Counted from the first letter of the whole stretch, positions 46,879 through 59,158 are shown. The stretch: 62,481 bases of DNA, filler included, from 11 parts of 11 records of this genome joined end to end with filler, not necessarily neighbours in it, one strand, 5' to 3'. The notes: generated by a model not told the origin, from the sequence alone. A program made the numbers and translations.

Positions 46879-48105
46879 TCATCTCTTCTTTTTAAACCTA
46901 GGTTTTGTCGCTTTGTCTTTCCTCTTACGCTCTCTCTTGGTTCGTCTAGTAGCATTTTCTCGAGAAAATCGCGGCAACCCAGCCGTGCACCGAACCTCGC
47001 GGCAACCCAGCCGGTAACTCCAGTCGAGATTCTCCATCTTGCTACAGATCAACTCGATGACTGCAGCGATCTCTCTCTTAGCGCCATTCAGTGTTGTTGC
47101 GTTGACCCGGAAGCACGGCAAAAGTTGGTCGCTGTTGAAGAACACCAGCTCGCGCCCATCGGGGGAGTAGTGGCTATCAAATCCGGTCTGTAGTGGAGCT
47201 CCATGATGTTCAGGGTAATATGCGGCGAACTGTCGGCCAGGTAGCGCTAGGCACATGAATGGTACGCCCTGACCGTACCCCGCAGCAAGGTGGAATTCTG
47301 GGCTAGTGTAGATTCCACGCCCGTAATAGCCTATATCAGTGGTATGCAAGACACTCACACCGTCAGGGACCCGCAGATTGGAGTCGATGATTCCCATCAC
47401 TGCATGTTCGCTCCCAGCGCCATGGTAGACCACAATGACTGAGGCTCTGTACCGGTTGACTAGTAAGATTTGCTCGAGCTTGCCCAACCACCGCAAGCAC
47501 AGGTCGTAATTCGCAATATTGCATTCCGCTGGGATCCCGGCCCGCCCTGCCGCTGTCCGCAGCGCCTCGCACACCCTAGCGGCCTTCATCGGCAGTTGGC
47601 ACTCCGCATGCTCCTGCTGAGCCGCACGGTTCTCTTCCTCAGCGTGGAGCGCCTCGGCCAGCGCAATGTCAGCCAGAATGCCAGACCGCACCGACACCAG
47701 CGAGGCCATCGGCTCCGCCCCGCCCCACGGGCCCTGCAGCAGCTGGGCCAGCGCCAGGTCCAGGTTTCCACCGCAGTGGTCGATCGCCCGCCGGGCCTGC
47801 CCTCTGCTGATCCCAGGGCCGGCGGCCTCGGCGATCTCTAGCGAGCCAGTCCGCTGGAGCAAAGCCCCGCGCGGCGAATCCTCGTCACGCTCGGCGACCT
47901 GCTCCACCCGGGCCGAGGCCCCGGCCCCGATGTAGAAGGAGATGCTCCGTTTGAACAGCTCCGGCTCCGTCTCCGGCTCCAGCGGCCCTTCGGCTATGGC
48001 GCCCTCAGGAGGCAGCTCGGGCGGGCCGGCCGGGGCGCCGCAGACCTCGCACTGCGGCAGGATGTCGCAGTTCAAGAAGGTGCACGCTCCGCACCTCCAG
48101 GGCAT
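46879..48105 (-). CDS. PARP-like ADP-ribosyltransferase with NZF, UBA-like and MIU/UIM-like modules
   Basis: WRCGACTFLN...CEVC; ARRAIDHCGGNLDLALAQLL; DIALAEALHAEE; catalytic motifs YHG, YYGRGIYTSP and RELVFF...QLLP. Confidence 0.8.
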   Translation of the reverse strand: MPWRCGACTFLNCDILPQCEVCGAPAGPPELPPEGAIAEGPLEPETEPELFKRSISFYIGAGASARVEQVAERDEDSPRGALLQRTGSLEIAEAAGPGISRGQARRAIDHCGGNLDLALAQLLQGPWGGAEPMASLVSVRSGILADIALAEALHAEEENRAAQQEHAECQLPMKAARVCEALRTAAGRAGIPAECNIANYDLCLRWLGKLEQILLVNRYRASVIVVYHGAGSEHAVMGIIDSNLRVPDGVSVLHTTDIGYYGRGIYTSPEFHLAAGYGQGVPFMCLALPGRQFAAYYPEHHGAPLQTGFDSHYSPDGRELVFFNSDQLLPCFRVNATTLNGAKREIAAVIELICSKMENLDWSYRLGCREVRCTAGLPRFSRENATRRTKRERKRKDKATKPRFKKKR

Positions 48106-48156
48106 CACCGGTGCGCACAACGGAAAATAACCGCAACCGGCGCGATGAAGCCTCTG

Positions 48157-48602
48157 ATGCAAGTGGCCCTGCTGCAGCTGCTGCAAGTGGCAGCCTTCCG
48201 AGCCAGAGGCGACGGCGTGTGCGAAATGCGCGATGGTGACTGCCCGAGCAGCTGCCCCGCGGGCCAGGGACGGCTGAGCGCCACACCCGTCCTGCGAATC
48301 CCGCACCTGTGCAGCGCGGCAGCCGGGCTCTGCCTGCCCAGCCCAGCCGCCTTCACGTCGACCGCCGACGCAGCTGACAACGTCATAAGGGCGCACAGCA
48401 ATGGAAGTGACATAATATCGTTCGACGATACTAGGTCCGGCCTGCACACCAGCATGTTGTACACCTGCTGCCACACCATGCTCCAAGTGCTCAAGCTCCG
48501 GTCGGTGCTCCGCGCGCTGCCGTGGTCTCCCTTTTGGGTGAACTACAGCAATGCTGGATGCAACCTCGACATGCACGGCTCGGGTGTCGTCTACATACAC
48601 GC
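48157..48602 (+). CDS. Secreted hypothetical protein, 3'-truncated
   Basis: Signal-peptide-like start; LHTSMLY may be an HxS motif of the 2H phosphoesterase type. Confidence 0.45.
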
Positions 48603-49008
48603 NNNNNNNNNNNNNNNNNNNNNNNNNNNNNNNNNNNNNNNNNNNNTTAATTAATTAANNNNNNNNNNNNNNNNNNNNNNNNNNNNNNNNNNNNNNNNNN
48701 NNGATGAGCCCAAACCTGCTTGTCGAAGGCACACCACGTACGCGTGATGTCGAAGTCGAAGGCAGCCCCGCACTGCTACTGCTACTACGGCCGAGCTCGG
48801 AGAGCTCTTGAATGCGATGCCCTCGGCACAACGCGCGCGCGAGCCGGCGCGGAACAACGTGACGCCAGGCACGCCTGGCCCCGTGGCCCCAAGTGATCGA
48901 TCGGCTCGTCGGCTGGCCAAGGCTAGCTAGAGTCTATGGAGTGATTGCGCTGGAGGCCAGCGATCCGAAGTCGATCGCGACAACAACAACTTGACTCGAA
49001 GACGAGCG

Positions 49009-51450
49009 ATGATGGCGTGCACTTCTGGCTGTGGGCTGCTGGCCGGCGGCGTGGCCGGCGCTCTCGGACTGTGGCAGCGGAACGTGGGTCGTGACCGTTG
49101 GAACGCGCTCTTCCTCAGCTCGCTGCTCGCCCTCATGACCACCCGCATGCTCGGGCTGGCCGCGGCCGAAGCGTTCGCGAGCTGCGTGCTCCCGATGATC
49201 CAGCTCGCCGGCCGGTGCATCCACCAGCGCAAGACGCCGACCAGCCCGGAGCTGGCCGGATACCTGGTCGGGTGCGTCCTACTGCCGGCGGTCTGGAGCC
49301 CCCCCGGGATTCTCGGGCGACTGGTCACGCTGATCGGGTGCGCCTACCCTCATTTGGTCGGCCCGGAGTGGCCAGTGGCGGCTGGGGCGGCCCAAGTGCT
49401 CGGGCTGGTGCCGGTGTTGCTGCTCCAGTCGTGCAACGGCCTGTTCCTGCTGCTCGGGCTGAACGCGCTTGAGCCCAGCTTGTTCCAGCCGGCCGGCCCA
49501 GGGGCCGCAACCTCGCCAGTGGCCCGCGGCAAGCGCGAGGTGATGACTCAGGACATGTTCCGCAAGACCAAGCTGCCGGAGGAGGTGGACGCCGTGGTGA
49601 TCGGCTCCGGGATCGGCGGGCTTGCTGCGGCGGCGCTGATGGCGCGCATCCAGGGCAAGAAGGTACTTGTGCTTGAGAAGCACTACCGCTCGGGCGGGTG
49701 CACGCACATATTCGACGAGTACGGCGACCTGTTCGACTCCGGGATCCACTACGTCGGGGCGCCCGCCATGCTGTCTGCCATGATGGCGTTGCTCGGAGAT
49801 GGATCCTTTGGGCTCTCCCAGATGGGCAGTCCGGCTGATGGCTGGCTGTACGATCAATTTGACCTGGGCAGTCCAGTGGGCGGCAAGCAGTTCGTCGAGT
49901 TCCGGGCCGACCGGCCGCAGATCTTCAAGGAACTCAAGACCCTCTTCCCAGACCAATCAGACGCGCTTGACGTCTTCAACAAGAGGCTCAAGAAACTCTC
50001 AATCGCCACCTACATCTACGTGGTCTGGTCCGCGCTCTCCGGAGTGCTCGAGAAGCTGGTCGGCCCGGCGCTGCTCCAGTTCTTCCGGCGGCATGTAGGG
50101 ATGACGGCCAAGCAAGCCGTGGCCGAGTGCGGCATCACCGACCCAAAGCTGAAGGCCGTCCTCGAAGGCGGGCAGTTGATTGACTGGAATTGCGCCCCGG
50201 ATGAGGTCTCCTTCTTCGTGTCTGGCCAGATGCTCAACTACTACGACGACGGCGGCTTCTACCCGACAGGAGGCTCTGACCGGATTGCTGAGGCCATCAT
50301 CCCTGTGATCGAGCAGGCAGGTGGGCGGGTGCTCACGCAAGTCGAGGTCACCAGCATCGCCGTGGAGGACGGCAAGGCGGTCGGAGTGCACACCGACAAG
50401 GCCGGGCTGATCCGGGCCCCGATCACTATCTCGGACGCCGGAGCAATCAACACATTTGAGAAGCTGCTTCCCGAGTCGGAGCGAGCTCAGTACGGGCTGC
50501 CCAAGCTCAAGCTCACCCCCGGCCGGTCGCACATGACCGCCTTCGTCTCGCTCGACGGGGTGTACTCGGAGTTCGAGCTCCGGCCGAGCAACATCCACTC
50601 ATTTGTCGGGCTGCCCGAGTTTGAATTCGACATCTCATCTCTCGAGCGAGCGCTTTTCGCCGACCCGACTGGCATGGCCAAGAAGGCGCTGATCACGCTC
50701 ACCTGCCCGTCGGCCAAGGACCCGCTCTACCAGGATCGGTCCGGGCACCGCCGAGCTTGGGGTGTGACGGGCGGGCAGGTACCCGGGCTGCTCGAACGTG
50801 CTTCTGCTGGCTGAGGCCGATTGGTCGTGGTTTGAGCACTTTGACTCCACCGTCAAGAGCGGGTGCCCTTCGAATAGCTGGGCGCCGGCTGAGCGGGGTG
50901 GGGCAGCACCGATCTGCGGGAGCCGGAGTACAAGGAGTTCTGCAAGTACTGGGAGGAGGTCTTCCTGGAGAGGCTGTACAAGTACTACCCCAAGACCAAG
51001 GGCAAGATCAAGCAAATCCATATCGGCACCCCGCTCACCAACATGTACTACATCAACTCGCCGCAGGGTGCCAGCTACGGGCTGGACTGGTCAGTGGCCC
51101 GGTTCGAACAAGACATCATGGAGGCTCTCCGGTGCACCACTAAGCTGCCCGGGCTGTGGACCGCTGGCAACGATTCGCTGTTTGGCGGTCTGGTCGGGGC
51201 GATGCTCAGTGGGATCGTCACCTTCATGCACATTGCTGGCTTCTGCGACTACGCTCTCGGCGTGATTTGCGCACTCGTGGCTGGCTGGCTCGTGCTGCTG
51301 ATGGGTCAGATCGGCGGCGCAGGGCTTGTGAGTGCGGTGGTCACTCAGCTTGGGTCGGTCATCGTGGTGCTTGGACTGCACTTGGTTCCGATGGCGCTCT
51401 ACCTAACGTTGGGCAAGCCCTTATTGGCAAAGGTGATGCCCAAGAAGTAA
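49009..51450 (+). CDS. Retinol saturase / carotenoid-isomerase-like FAD oxidoreductase with transmembrane extensions
   Basis: VIGSGIGGL, VLEKH...GGCTHIF...FDSGIHYVG, YPTGGS, PSAKDP and TPLTNMYY; two short GT-AG introns near 50738 and 50863. Confidence 0.88.
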
Positions 51451-52090
51451 AGTCATGGAAACTGCACACATTATGGCCCGATTACACCCAATCAATGACA
51501 TGCATAATTGTCGACATGTTGTATCTAGAAATGTACATGCACGTATATACAGTCATGCACGCATGCATGCATTCTAGAAATTTATTCATATTGAAACACA
51601 TTGAAGTGAATAGATTAAGATTCTGCTGCGAACGGCAATTGGCCAAAATATATCAATTTTACTGATGCCCACCAGAAGATAGGATGAGCACTAACCCTCC
51701 AGTCTCGAGTTGCCCGGATGCCTCTGTTTACTTACAGTACTCATAGTCATGCGCGGTCCAAGCCATGCAGTCGGAATAAGATTCGAAACCGTTCGGTCTA
51801 AAGTTTGATGCTTTGCGCCAGCCAGCGTTACTGCCAGAGTAGTAGTTACGTCTCTGCCACGCCCAGAGAGTAGTTTGTGGAGTGGCAGACTTCGGAGCAG
51901 CTGAATCGAGCTTGGTGGTGGGCCCAGCGGCGGAGAAAACCATCTTGTCTGCAAGNNNNNNNNNNNNNNNNNNNNNNNNNNNNNNNNNNNNNNNNNNNNT
52001 TAATTAATTAANNNNNNNNNNNNNNNNNNNNNNNNNNNNNNNNNNNNNNNNNNNNGCCGTTCTGCTTGTGATCTGGCGGGTACCGGGGCG

Positions 52091-52977
52091 ATGAAAGTAG
52101 CCCCCTCTGGCAGCAGCGATGTGGCCCCGGACAGCGGACAGCGGCGCCCGAAGGAGAACGGGGTGCAGACCGACGCTGACCTGGACCTGGAGCTGGGGCA
52201 CGGCGAGGACGCCCGGCTGCTAGAGGACGACGGCAGCCCGGCCTCTATCGGCCTGTCGGCATGCCCTGCCTGCGGCAGTCAGGACCACTGCAGCAGCGAC
52301 GCGATGCGGATGAGGACCGAGCCGGCGGTCTGTCGGGCGGTCTCTCGGCTGCCGGGGCTGTACATTACGCTGATGATCGAGATGTTCGTGGCGTTCACTT
52401 TGGCCGAGTCCAGCTCGGTGCTCAAGCGCTACCCTCTCATTGTAGCGTTTCTTCCGGTTGTGAGCGCAGTTGCGGGGAACGTTGGGCTGCAGAGGTGCGG
52501 CCTGTGCTGGCTGCGGCCATCATATTGTGTGTCGCAGCTCAAACATCAATACGCGGGCGCTGGCGGTGGGAATCTGGGAGCCGTCAGCGCTCTGGAGCGC
52601 GGTGTCACACGAGCTGGCCTGCGGGCTGTGGTGCGGGCTGGTGATGAGCCTGAGCATGGCGATGATCTCAGCCAGCTGGTTTGTGATCTCCGTGCCTCAT
52701 GAGTCGAGCCACAAGAAGATGGTGCAAGGTGCCCCCGCTGTAGCCTGCTGGCAGCTGCTGGGCAGGGGTCGGGTTCGGAGCGGTGGTCGGAACGGCTCAG
52801 TTCCTATCGATCATCACTAGTGTGGTGACCGGATCGGCAGCGCCATTGTTGTTCAAGCGCATGGGTCGCGATCCAGCGACTCTAGCAGGTCCGATGGAGA
52901 CTTCGATACAAGATGTCTTAGGCTACGGCATGTTCATGCTCCTCGGCCATGTTTTGCTTCCGTTGATAGACGATTAG
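52091..52977 (+). CDS. MgtE-family Mg2+ transporter (membrane domain only)
   Basis: FLPVVSAVAGNVGLQSS and PLLFKRMGRDPATLAGPMETSIQDVLG; two introns. Confidence 0.88.
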
Positions 52978-53132
52978 GGCGAAGGCTTAATTGATTGAAC
53001 GATTTGGAGCCTATTCAACTAAAGTTGCAATCCGGGCTAATTCATTATTCATATTGTACTGTACCGATACTCTGCACGCCTGCACGCCTGACGACGCCTC
53101 AAGTTGCCCACGTCCAGACACGCGATTATTGC

Positions 53133-54080
53133 ATGTCGGTGAGCGGCGAAGACGAAGACCCGGTGACGGCGGCGCACAAGTTCTACGACCCGCTGCCCAA
53201 CAACCTGCTGGCCAATATCCCGAGCTGGGTTACTTCGGCCTCCAAGGCGGCCCGCCGGCCGAAGCCTCTGCCCGAGCCCGGGGGCACAGCTCTGCGTCCC
53301 GGCCGACAACGCCCCGATCGAGCACCCCAACGCCTACTTCGAGGTCAGTCTGGGCTGCCCAGGGGACGAGCCTCCGGCGCAGGCCTACCTCGAGCGCCCG
53401 ATCGACCTGGCGCTGGCCAGCCTGGGCGAGACCGCTCTGGAGGCGGCGCTGTGCATCGGGTGCAACGGCGGGTGCGCCCCTATCCTGGTGAAGCGAAGGT
53501 GGCCGGCCTGCGCCCGGGTGGGCGGATGCGGGACAGGGCTCCAGCGGCGCGGGTGGTCGGGGTGGAGCTAGTAGGCAAGTTCCTGCGGGTGGGCCAGGAT
53601 CGAATCGGCGGGCTGCCAGAGACCCAGATCGTGCAGGGCGACCTGCTCCAGCTGGATAGCGCGGTCAGCGAGCAGTTCCAGCTGATCGTGGACGAGGTGC
53701 TCATCTCGCACATGCGCGGGGAGCAGCAGCCGCTCGAGCTGGCTGCGGGGCAGATCAAGCTAGCGCTGGCCCCGGGTGGAAAGTTTGTCACAATCGGGTT
53801 TGCGCGAGCGGCCGATGAGGAGCAGATCGTGCGGGTGATGGCGGAGGCTGGGCTGGTGGAGGCCGGGCGGGACGAGATTGGGGAGCACGTGAGAGAGGGC
53901 GGGCAACGGGCGCTGCGGTATTGGTTCGGGGAGGACGGCGAGCCCGGAGTGATCAGCCAGGCCGAGCAGGATAAGTTCAGGGTTTATTTCGAGACAGTCA
54001 AGGCTAACGTGCTCAAGCACGCCGAGAAGGTGGCCAGCCCCGAGTGGGGGATAGTGATTCTGTGCTTTGGGCACGCATGA
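53133..54080 (+). CDS. Class I SAM-dependent methyltransferase
   Basis: Spliced ALCIGCNGG, VVGVEL, VQGDL, FQLIV and LAPGGKF; three ~40-nt introns. Confidence 0.75.
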   Translation: MSVSGEDEDPVTAAHKFYDPLPNNLLANIPSWVTSASKAARRPKPLPEPGGTALRPGRQRPDRAPQRLLRGQSGLPRGRASGAGLPRAPDRPGAGQPGRDRSGGGAVHRVQRRVRPYPGEAKVAGLRPGGRMRDRAPAARVVGVELVGKFLRVGQDRIGGLPETQIVQGDLLQLDSAVSEQFQLIVDEVLISHMRGEQQPLELAAGQIKLALAPGGKFVTIGFARAADEEQIVRVMAEAGLVEAGRDEIGEHVREGGQRALRYWFGEDGEPGVISQAEQDKFRVYFETVKANVLKHAEKVASPEWGIVILCFGHA

Positions 54081-54266
54081 ACCTGATTGATGCTGCGCAA
54101 TGTTACCGTACGTACTCGTACTCGTATCACGAGCATTGAATAAGAATGCGAGACCGGTCGCGATGGATTCTTATTGAGCGCTTAATTAGTTAATGTAAAA
54201 CTTGGTACAAGCGTGGCTGTCTCATTGAGCATTCGCACACGAGAGGCGCAAATACATCAACGATGG

Positions 54267-54734
54267 TTAGATCGACACCATGGACAGCACCGCCTCAGCC
54301 AGGGCTCTATCGGCTGCCATTTCGCATCGATACGGCGGCATCTCCAGCGTTGGCAGCAACAAGACCAGCTCTTGCAGCGCTGCCCCGACAGCCCGGACAG
54401 TCTGGCTCACCAGGCGCTGAGATTGCTCACCCACCCACTGCGCTCGCCCGCTCACCGGCAGCTCCGAGCTCTTACCGAGCCCCACTGGGCTGGTTGGCGC
54501 GCCGCACAGCCCGAATGCAGCTCCAGGGAGCGGCTGCGTGGCGGCCTCGAGGTCTGGTGGGTTCGAGTGCCTCCTCGGCGGTCTCCTGTCGATCCCGATT
54601 GCCTGCAGGCCGAAGCAATAGGCCAGCATCCGGCTGCTGACCAGCCGGAGATGGAGAGAATGCTCTGGTCGGCCGAGCAGCCTCGGGAACAGCGCCGGGC
54701 AGCTATGCAGAGTGTCGAGCAAGCCCGGCGCCAT
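54267..54734 (-). CDS. Hypothetical protein
   Basis: GC-rich ORF flanked by AT-rich spacers; no recognised motif. Confidence 0.35.
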   Translation of the reverse strand: MAPGLLDTLHSCPALFPRLLGRPEHSLHLRLVSSRMLAYCFGLQAIGIDRRPPRRHSNPPDLEAATQPLPGAAFGLCGAPTSPVGLGKSSELPVSGRAQWVGEQSQRLVSQTVRAVGAALQELVLLLPTLEMPPYRCEMAADRALAEAVLSMVSI

Positions 54735-54928
54735 GCGTGCCCCGTCGAGGGATCCCCCGGCGGTTCTTTTCCAACGACCTTTTAATTAATTAAATAAGAC
54801 GCAAATAGCACGGGCCTCCTCCGGTTTAGATGGCCAGGTGTCGCGTGATGTCAACCCTCTTTTTATACTAATGAATGTGCTAATAATGTGGGATTTGCAG
54901 ATACTCAAGTATATTGTACAATCGACAG

Positions 54929-55738
54929 TCACCTGAGATGATCCAACTTTGGCGGCCGGTTGCATAGATTCGTACTCGGCAGCTCCGCGCCGTCAGCTCG
55001 CATCTCGCGTTTGATCAAGCTCAGTCTTCGTGCATGCTGCCGCCTGGAGTAATCACGGGAGGTTCGGACTTGGCGTGCTTCATCTCCTTCTTCCAAGCGC
55101 CGCAAACCACCTACCACCGTCGTCATCTCGCCCCTGACCGATCTGGCACCTCCGCGGCGGAATAAGCCGCTATCGCCAGCCAGACGAGCGCGACCAGCCA
55201 AGTGATCGGCCAGCCGCACATCCACGAGATCAAGTCGAGTACCACGATCGCTCCGATGACACCTGCCCGAGGCTCGACCCGAGCGCGTGCCGAGATGGCC
55301 ACCTGGGACGAGTGCGACCGGGGGAATCTTGGCCATGACGGCACGCATGGGGTTCTCGATCAGCTCGAGGTACTTGGAGACGAGCGGAGGGTCGACGGCC
55401 ACGATCAGCGCCATCAGCACCGTGAGCATCGGGAAGCTGGTGACCGCCCACAGCTGGAGCAGCGCGAGCGCCCCGGCCTGAGCCCTGGCCCGGGCCTCTT
55501 CCTTGCAAGAGAGAGCGTTGGCCAGGTCTGGAGCGACCTCAGTCGGATCCAGGCGGGCCGGGTTACCATTGATGTACTTTTTCACGCCGTCGTGGGGGAT
55601 CTGCTCCACCAGGGGCTTGAGCTGCTCCGGGAGTCCGGACTTGTTGGTGTTCACCTGAAGATCGGAGGGGCCCGCCTGCCCGCCCGATGAGCCCACCCCG
55701 GCTACTTGGTTGGCTAGCAAAGGACGCACAGATGCCAT
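54929..55738 (-). CDS. Hypothetical membrane protein
   Basis: Several hydrophobic helices across two frames, probably joined by an intron. Confidence 0.5.
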   Translation of the reverse strand: MASVRPLLANQVAGVGSSGGQAGPSDLQVNTNKSGLPEQLKPLVEQIPHDGVKKYINGNPARLDPTEVAPDLANALSCKEEARARAQAGALALLQLWAVTSFPMLTVLMALIVAVDPPLVSKYLELIENPMRAVMAKIPPVALVPGGHLGTRSGRASGRCHRSDRGTRLDLVDVRLADHLAGRARLAGDSGLFRRGGARSVRGEMTTVVGGLRRLEEGDEARQVRTSRDYSRRQHARRLSLIKREMRADGAELPSTNLCNRPPKLDHLR

Positions 55739-56039
55739 CGTCCGTCAAATAATCAAAAAGAAATGATGTCACGCAAAGCAGGTCGCAGACGCCGACGGTG
55801 CAGGCCTGCAGGGAGGGAACGCGGTAGATACGACTATGTTTTAGCAGAGCCATGCCCTCGGCTTGCGGCCATACTTGGCAGAAAATTNNNNNNNNNNNNN
55901 NNNNNNNNNNNNNNNNNNNNNNNNNNNNNNNTTAATTAATTAANNNNNNNNNNNNNNNNNNNNNNNNNNNNNNNNNNNNNNNNNNNNATGAGCAAGTCGT
56001 GCTCAATTCACAAATCTCTTCCGATGTCCTACTCTTCGC

Positions 56040-59000
56040 CTACTCTTCGCCACCTCCGGCGCCATTGTTCTGCTCATAATACTGGTGCGTCCGGGTCGGG
56101 TATTTGCAATCGCTCACGTCAGTGGAGCCTCGAGCCGCAGTGGTCTTCCATGCATCACACGGCTTGCACTGGCTTTGCCCTGCCTCGTCTTGGTACTTTC
56201 CGGTGTGACAGTCCTGGCACTTGCTCCGTCCGCTCGACGGGGAGAACTTGCCCTGCGGACACGACTTGCACTCTTGCTGCCCTGCCTCCTCCTGATACTC
56301 CCCGGGGTTGCAGGGATCACAAGATGTGGAGTTGTTTCCTGCCTGAGCCTTGCCCGGCTCGCACTGGTTGCACTCTGTGGCAGCGAGCGCAGATGTGAAG
56401 TGTCCAGGAGCGCACGGAGTGCACGCTTCTGCACCCGGATCGGCAGCAAACCTGCCTGGTTGGCATGCACCACACGCATCAGCAGATGCCCCAGCAGATT
56501 TCCCAGGTGCGCACGGCGTGCACTCTTTCGCGAGATATGCCGAGGCAAAGGTTCCTGCGACGCACTCTTTGCAGGCGGTCTCGCCTTCCTTGTCCTGGAA
56601 CTTCCCAGGTACGCAACCGCTGCAAACATCAGCGCTGGCGACCGGTTCCAGCTTGCGGACTACATGGTTGTTATGTTCTGTTACATATGCGATGCCGTCT
56701 CCAAACGCAATGCCGGAGGCACCGTCGAAGCGTGCCAACCTGGCTGCGCCATTGGTATAGCCTTTGTCATCGTCTGTATCGTAGTCAGGTCCAGCCCACG
56801 TTGTCAGTGCTCCTGATGAAAGATCGACCTTGCGAATGCCCACGGAATTGGCCACGTAGGCCACAGACACGCTCCCCTGCAGTGTTAATGCGACACCCCA
56901 CGGACGCGGTGCAAATGCACCAGGGCCTGTGGCGCCAATAGCAGAGCTGACGACCGTGGTCACCGCTTCTGTGGAAAGATCGATCTTGCGCAGCGAATTG
57001 GCGTATGCTGCACTTCCATCCGTTACGTAGGCTACGTTGTTGCTCTCGTCGATTGCGATGCGGCTTAGATGATCGAATGCATCATCGTCCAGGGTGGTGA
57101 CCTCTTGGCTGGTGATGTCCAGCTTGCGGATCGTGTTGCGGGATATAACATAGAGGACCTGGTTCCCGCGGTGAATCGCGATGGCTGATGGATGGGAGAA
57201 CGTCGCATCCGCGAAGGGTCCGTCAGCCCAGCCGCCTTGCCCACTGTCCCCTCCAGAGAAGTAGCCACACTTGCCCGCGACCACGGTGACTGTGTATGGA
57301 TCCTTGAGCTCGATCTTGCGTATGGCATGGTTCCCCTTATCGTTCACGTAAGCGACATCATTCCCCGAATCGACAGCGATGCCACTTAGACCGGCGAATG
57401 TTGCATCTTCTCCTATGCCACCCTTGCATGCTGGGTTGCTGCCACCCTCGTTAGGATCTCCGACCTGACCAGAACTCTGGGCGTTTCCCGCAAATGTCGA
57501 TCCAGCAATCGCCGTGACCTCGCCCGTCGAAAGATTGATACGGCGGACTTGTGCGATTCCTTCTGTCAGGTAGGCAATGTTTGGATCAGCGGGGTCGATA
57601 TCGATGGAGCTTGGGTACCTGAAGCTTGCATCTTCTCCTGTGCCATCCACGGGGAAGCCGTCCGCCATTACATTTGGCTTGCCCGCAAGGAGGCTGACCT
57701 CGAATTCAACTTCGCCGGCAGTCGCAATCGTGCCCGCGGGGCACGAACTGCACTCAATCGTGTTGTAGGAATTGGTGACTTTCCCCTCCGCACATAGGAC
57801 GCACTGCGCTGCGCCAGCCGCGCTGAACTTTCCAGGCACGCACGGCTGGCATGTCACTGCTCCAGCCTCGCTGAACGTGCCGGCCGCACACTCGACGCAG
57901 TTCTTCCTGTGACCCACTGAACGCTTGCCCGCTTCACAGGGAGTGCACTGTTCCTGGCCCAGCAGGGATTGATACTCACCATTGGAGCACTTGTCACAGC
58001 TTGCCTGTCCTGAATTGGATTGGGAGCGCCCACTGTCGCACTCTGTGCAGGCTTTGGCGCCGTGGCTTGAAGCGAATTTGCCCGCGTCGCAATCCTCGCA
58101 CGCAGATTCCCCAGAATTGCCTTGGAACTTACCCGGAGAACACAGATCGCACTTTGACGATCCAGGCGAGCTGCTCGATTTCCCGGCTGGGCATTCGGCG
58201 CATGAACGCCGGTGCTCTTCCGACCGGAAGCCAGCAACGCACGTCTTGCAGTTGGCCTGGCCTTCCTCATCCTGGAACTTCCCTGAGCCACATTGGACGC
58301 ACACGTTGGCTGCGCCATCTCGGAAGAATCCAGGTTTGCAGCTCTCGCAGCTAGTCGCGCCACTTGCAGACACCTTGCCCGCAGGACAGTCGTCACACGA
58401 AGATGCCTCTGAGACAGATTGGAATTTTCCAGGGGCACACGGGGCACAGAAACTGGAGCCCGCCGCAGTTGCAACTTGGTATCGCCCCGGCTCGCATGAC
58501 GCGCACTCTCTCCGGTGGCTCACAGACTTCTTGCCTCTGGGGCAGGCGTCACAGGTAGTGGATCCGGTCTCGTGAGCGAACTTGCCCGCCTCGCACAGGT
58601 CGCAAGTATTCCGCCCTTCATCGGCTTGAGCTCTTCCCTCTGGACAATCGTCGCATGCAGCTGCCTGGTAGTTGGATGCAAATCTGCCCGCGACGCACGA
58701 TTCGCAGCTTTCTTGTCCAGACTCGTCTTGCCATTTGCCCGGCTCGCACGATGCGCAGTAATGCATCCCTGTGGAACCCTGGCGCCTGCCAGCGGGGCAC
58801 GCCATGCACGCGCTCGCTCCGGAGTTCGGTGCGTATTCACCCACAGCGCAGGGCTCACTTGAATCAGCCTGGGCCGCGGCGACGAATTGGCCAGGAGCGG
58901 CCGCGGTGCAGACGGCCAGACCGTCGGAGGCAGCGTACTTGCCCGCAGGGCAGGCAGTGCAGCTGGCTAGCCCCTTGTAGGCTGCAATCGTGCCCGCAGT

Positions 59001-59058
59001 GCAGTCAGTGCATTCACTCCGCCCGTTGGTCGATGCGATCTTGCCCGCGGCGCAGTCA
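56040..59058 (-). CDS. Cys-rich ephrin-receptor-like (GCC2/GCC3-type) repeat protein with an inserted NHL beta-propeller, 5'-truncated
   Basis: Many CxxCxxGKF/Y repeats flank NHL repeats (ASFRYPSSI, NHAIRKI, ATFSHPSAIAI, ARFDGASGIA); open to the contig edge. Confidence 0.85.
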
Positions 59059-59158
59059 NNNNNNNNNNNNNNNNNNNNNNNNNNNNNNNNNNNNNNNNNN
59101 NNTTAATTAATTAANNNNNNNNNNNNNNNNNNNNNNNNNNNNNNNNNNNNNNNNNNNN

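Noticed and set aside
54782-54793. TTAATTAATTAA without flanking Ns as a hidden contig join
   Set aside because: It lies in an ordinary AT-rich spacer and similar TTAATT words occur in other spacers; not provable either way
10699-59158. Recurrent TTAATTAATTAA within N runs as a biological repeat or CRISPR-like array
   Set aside because: Identical 100-nt artificial spacers joining contigs
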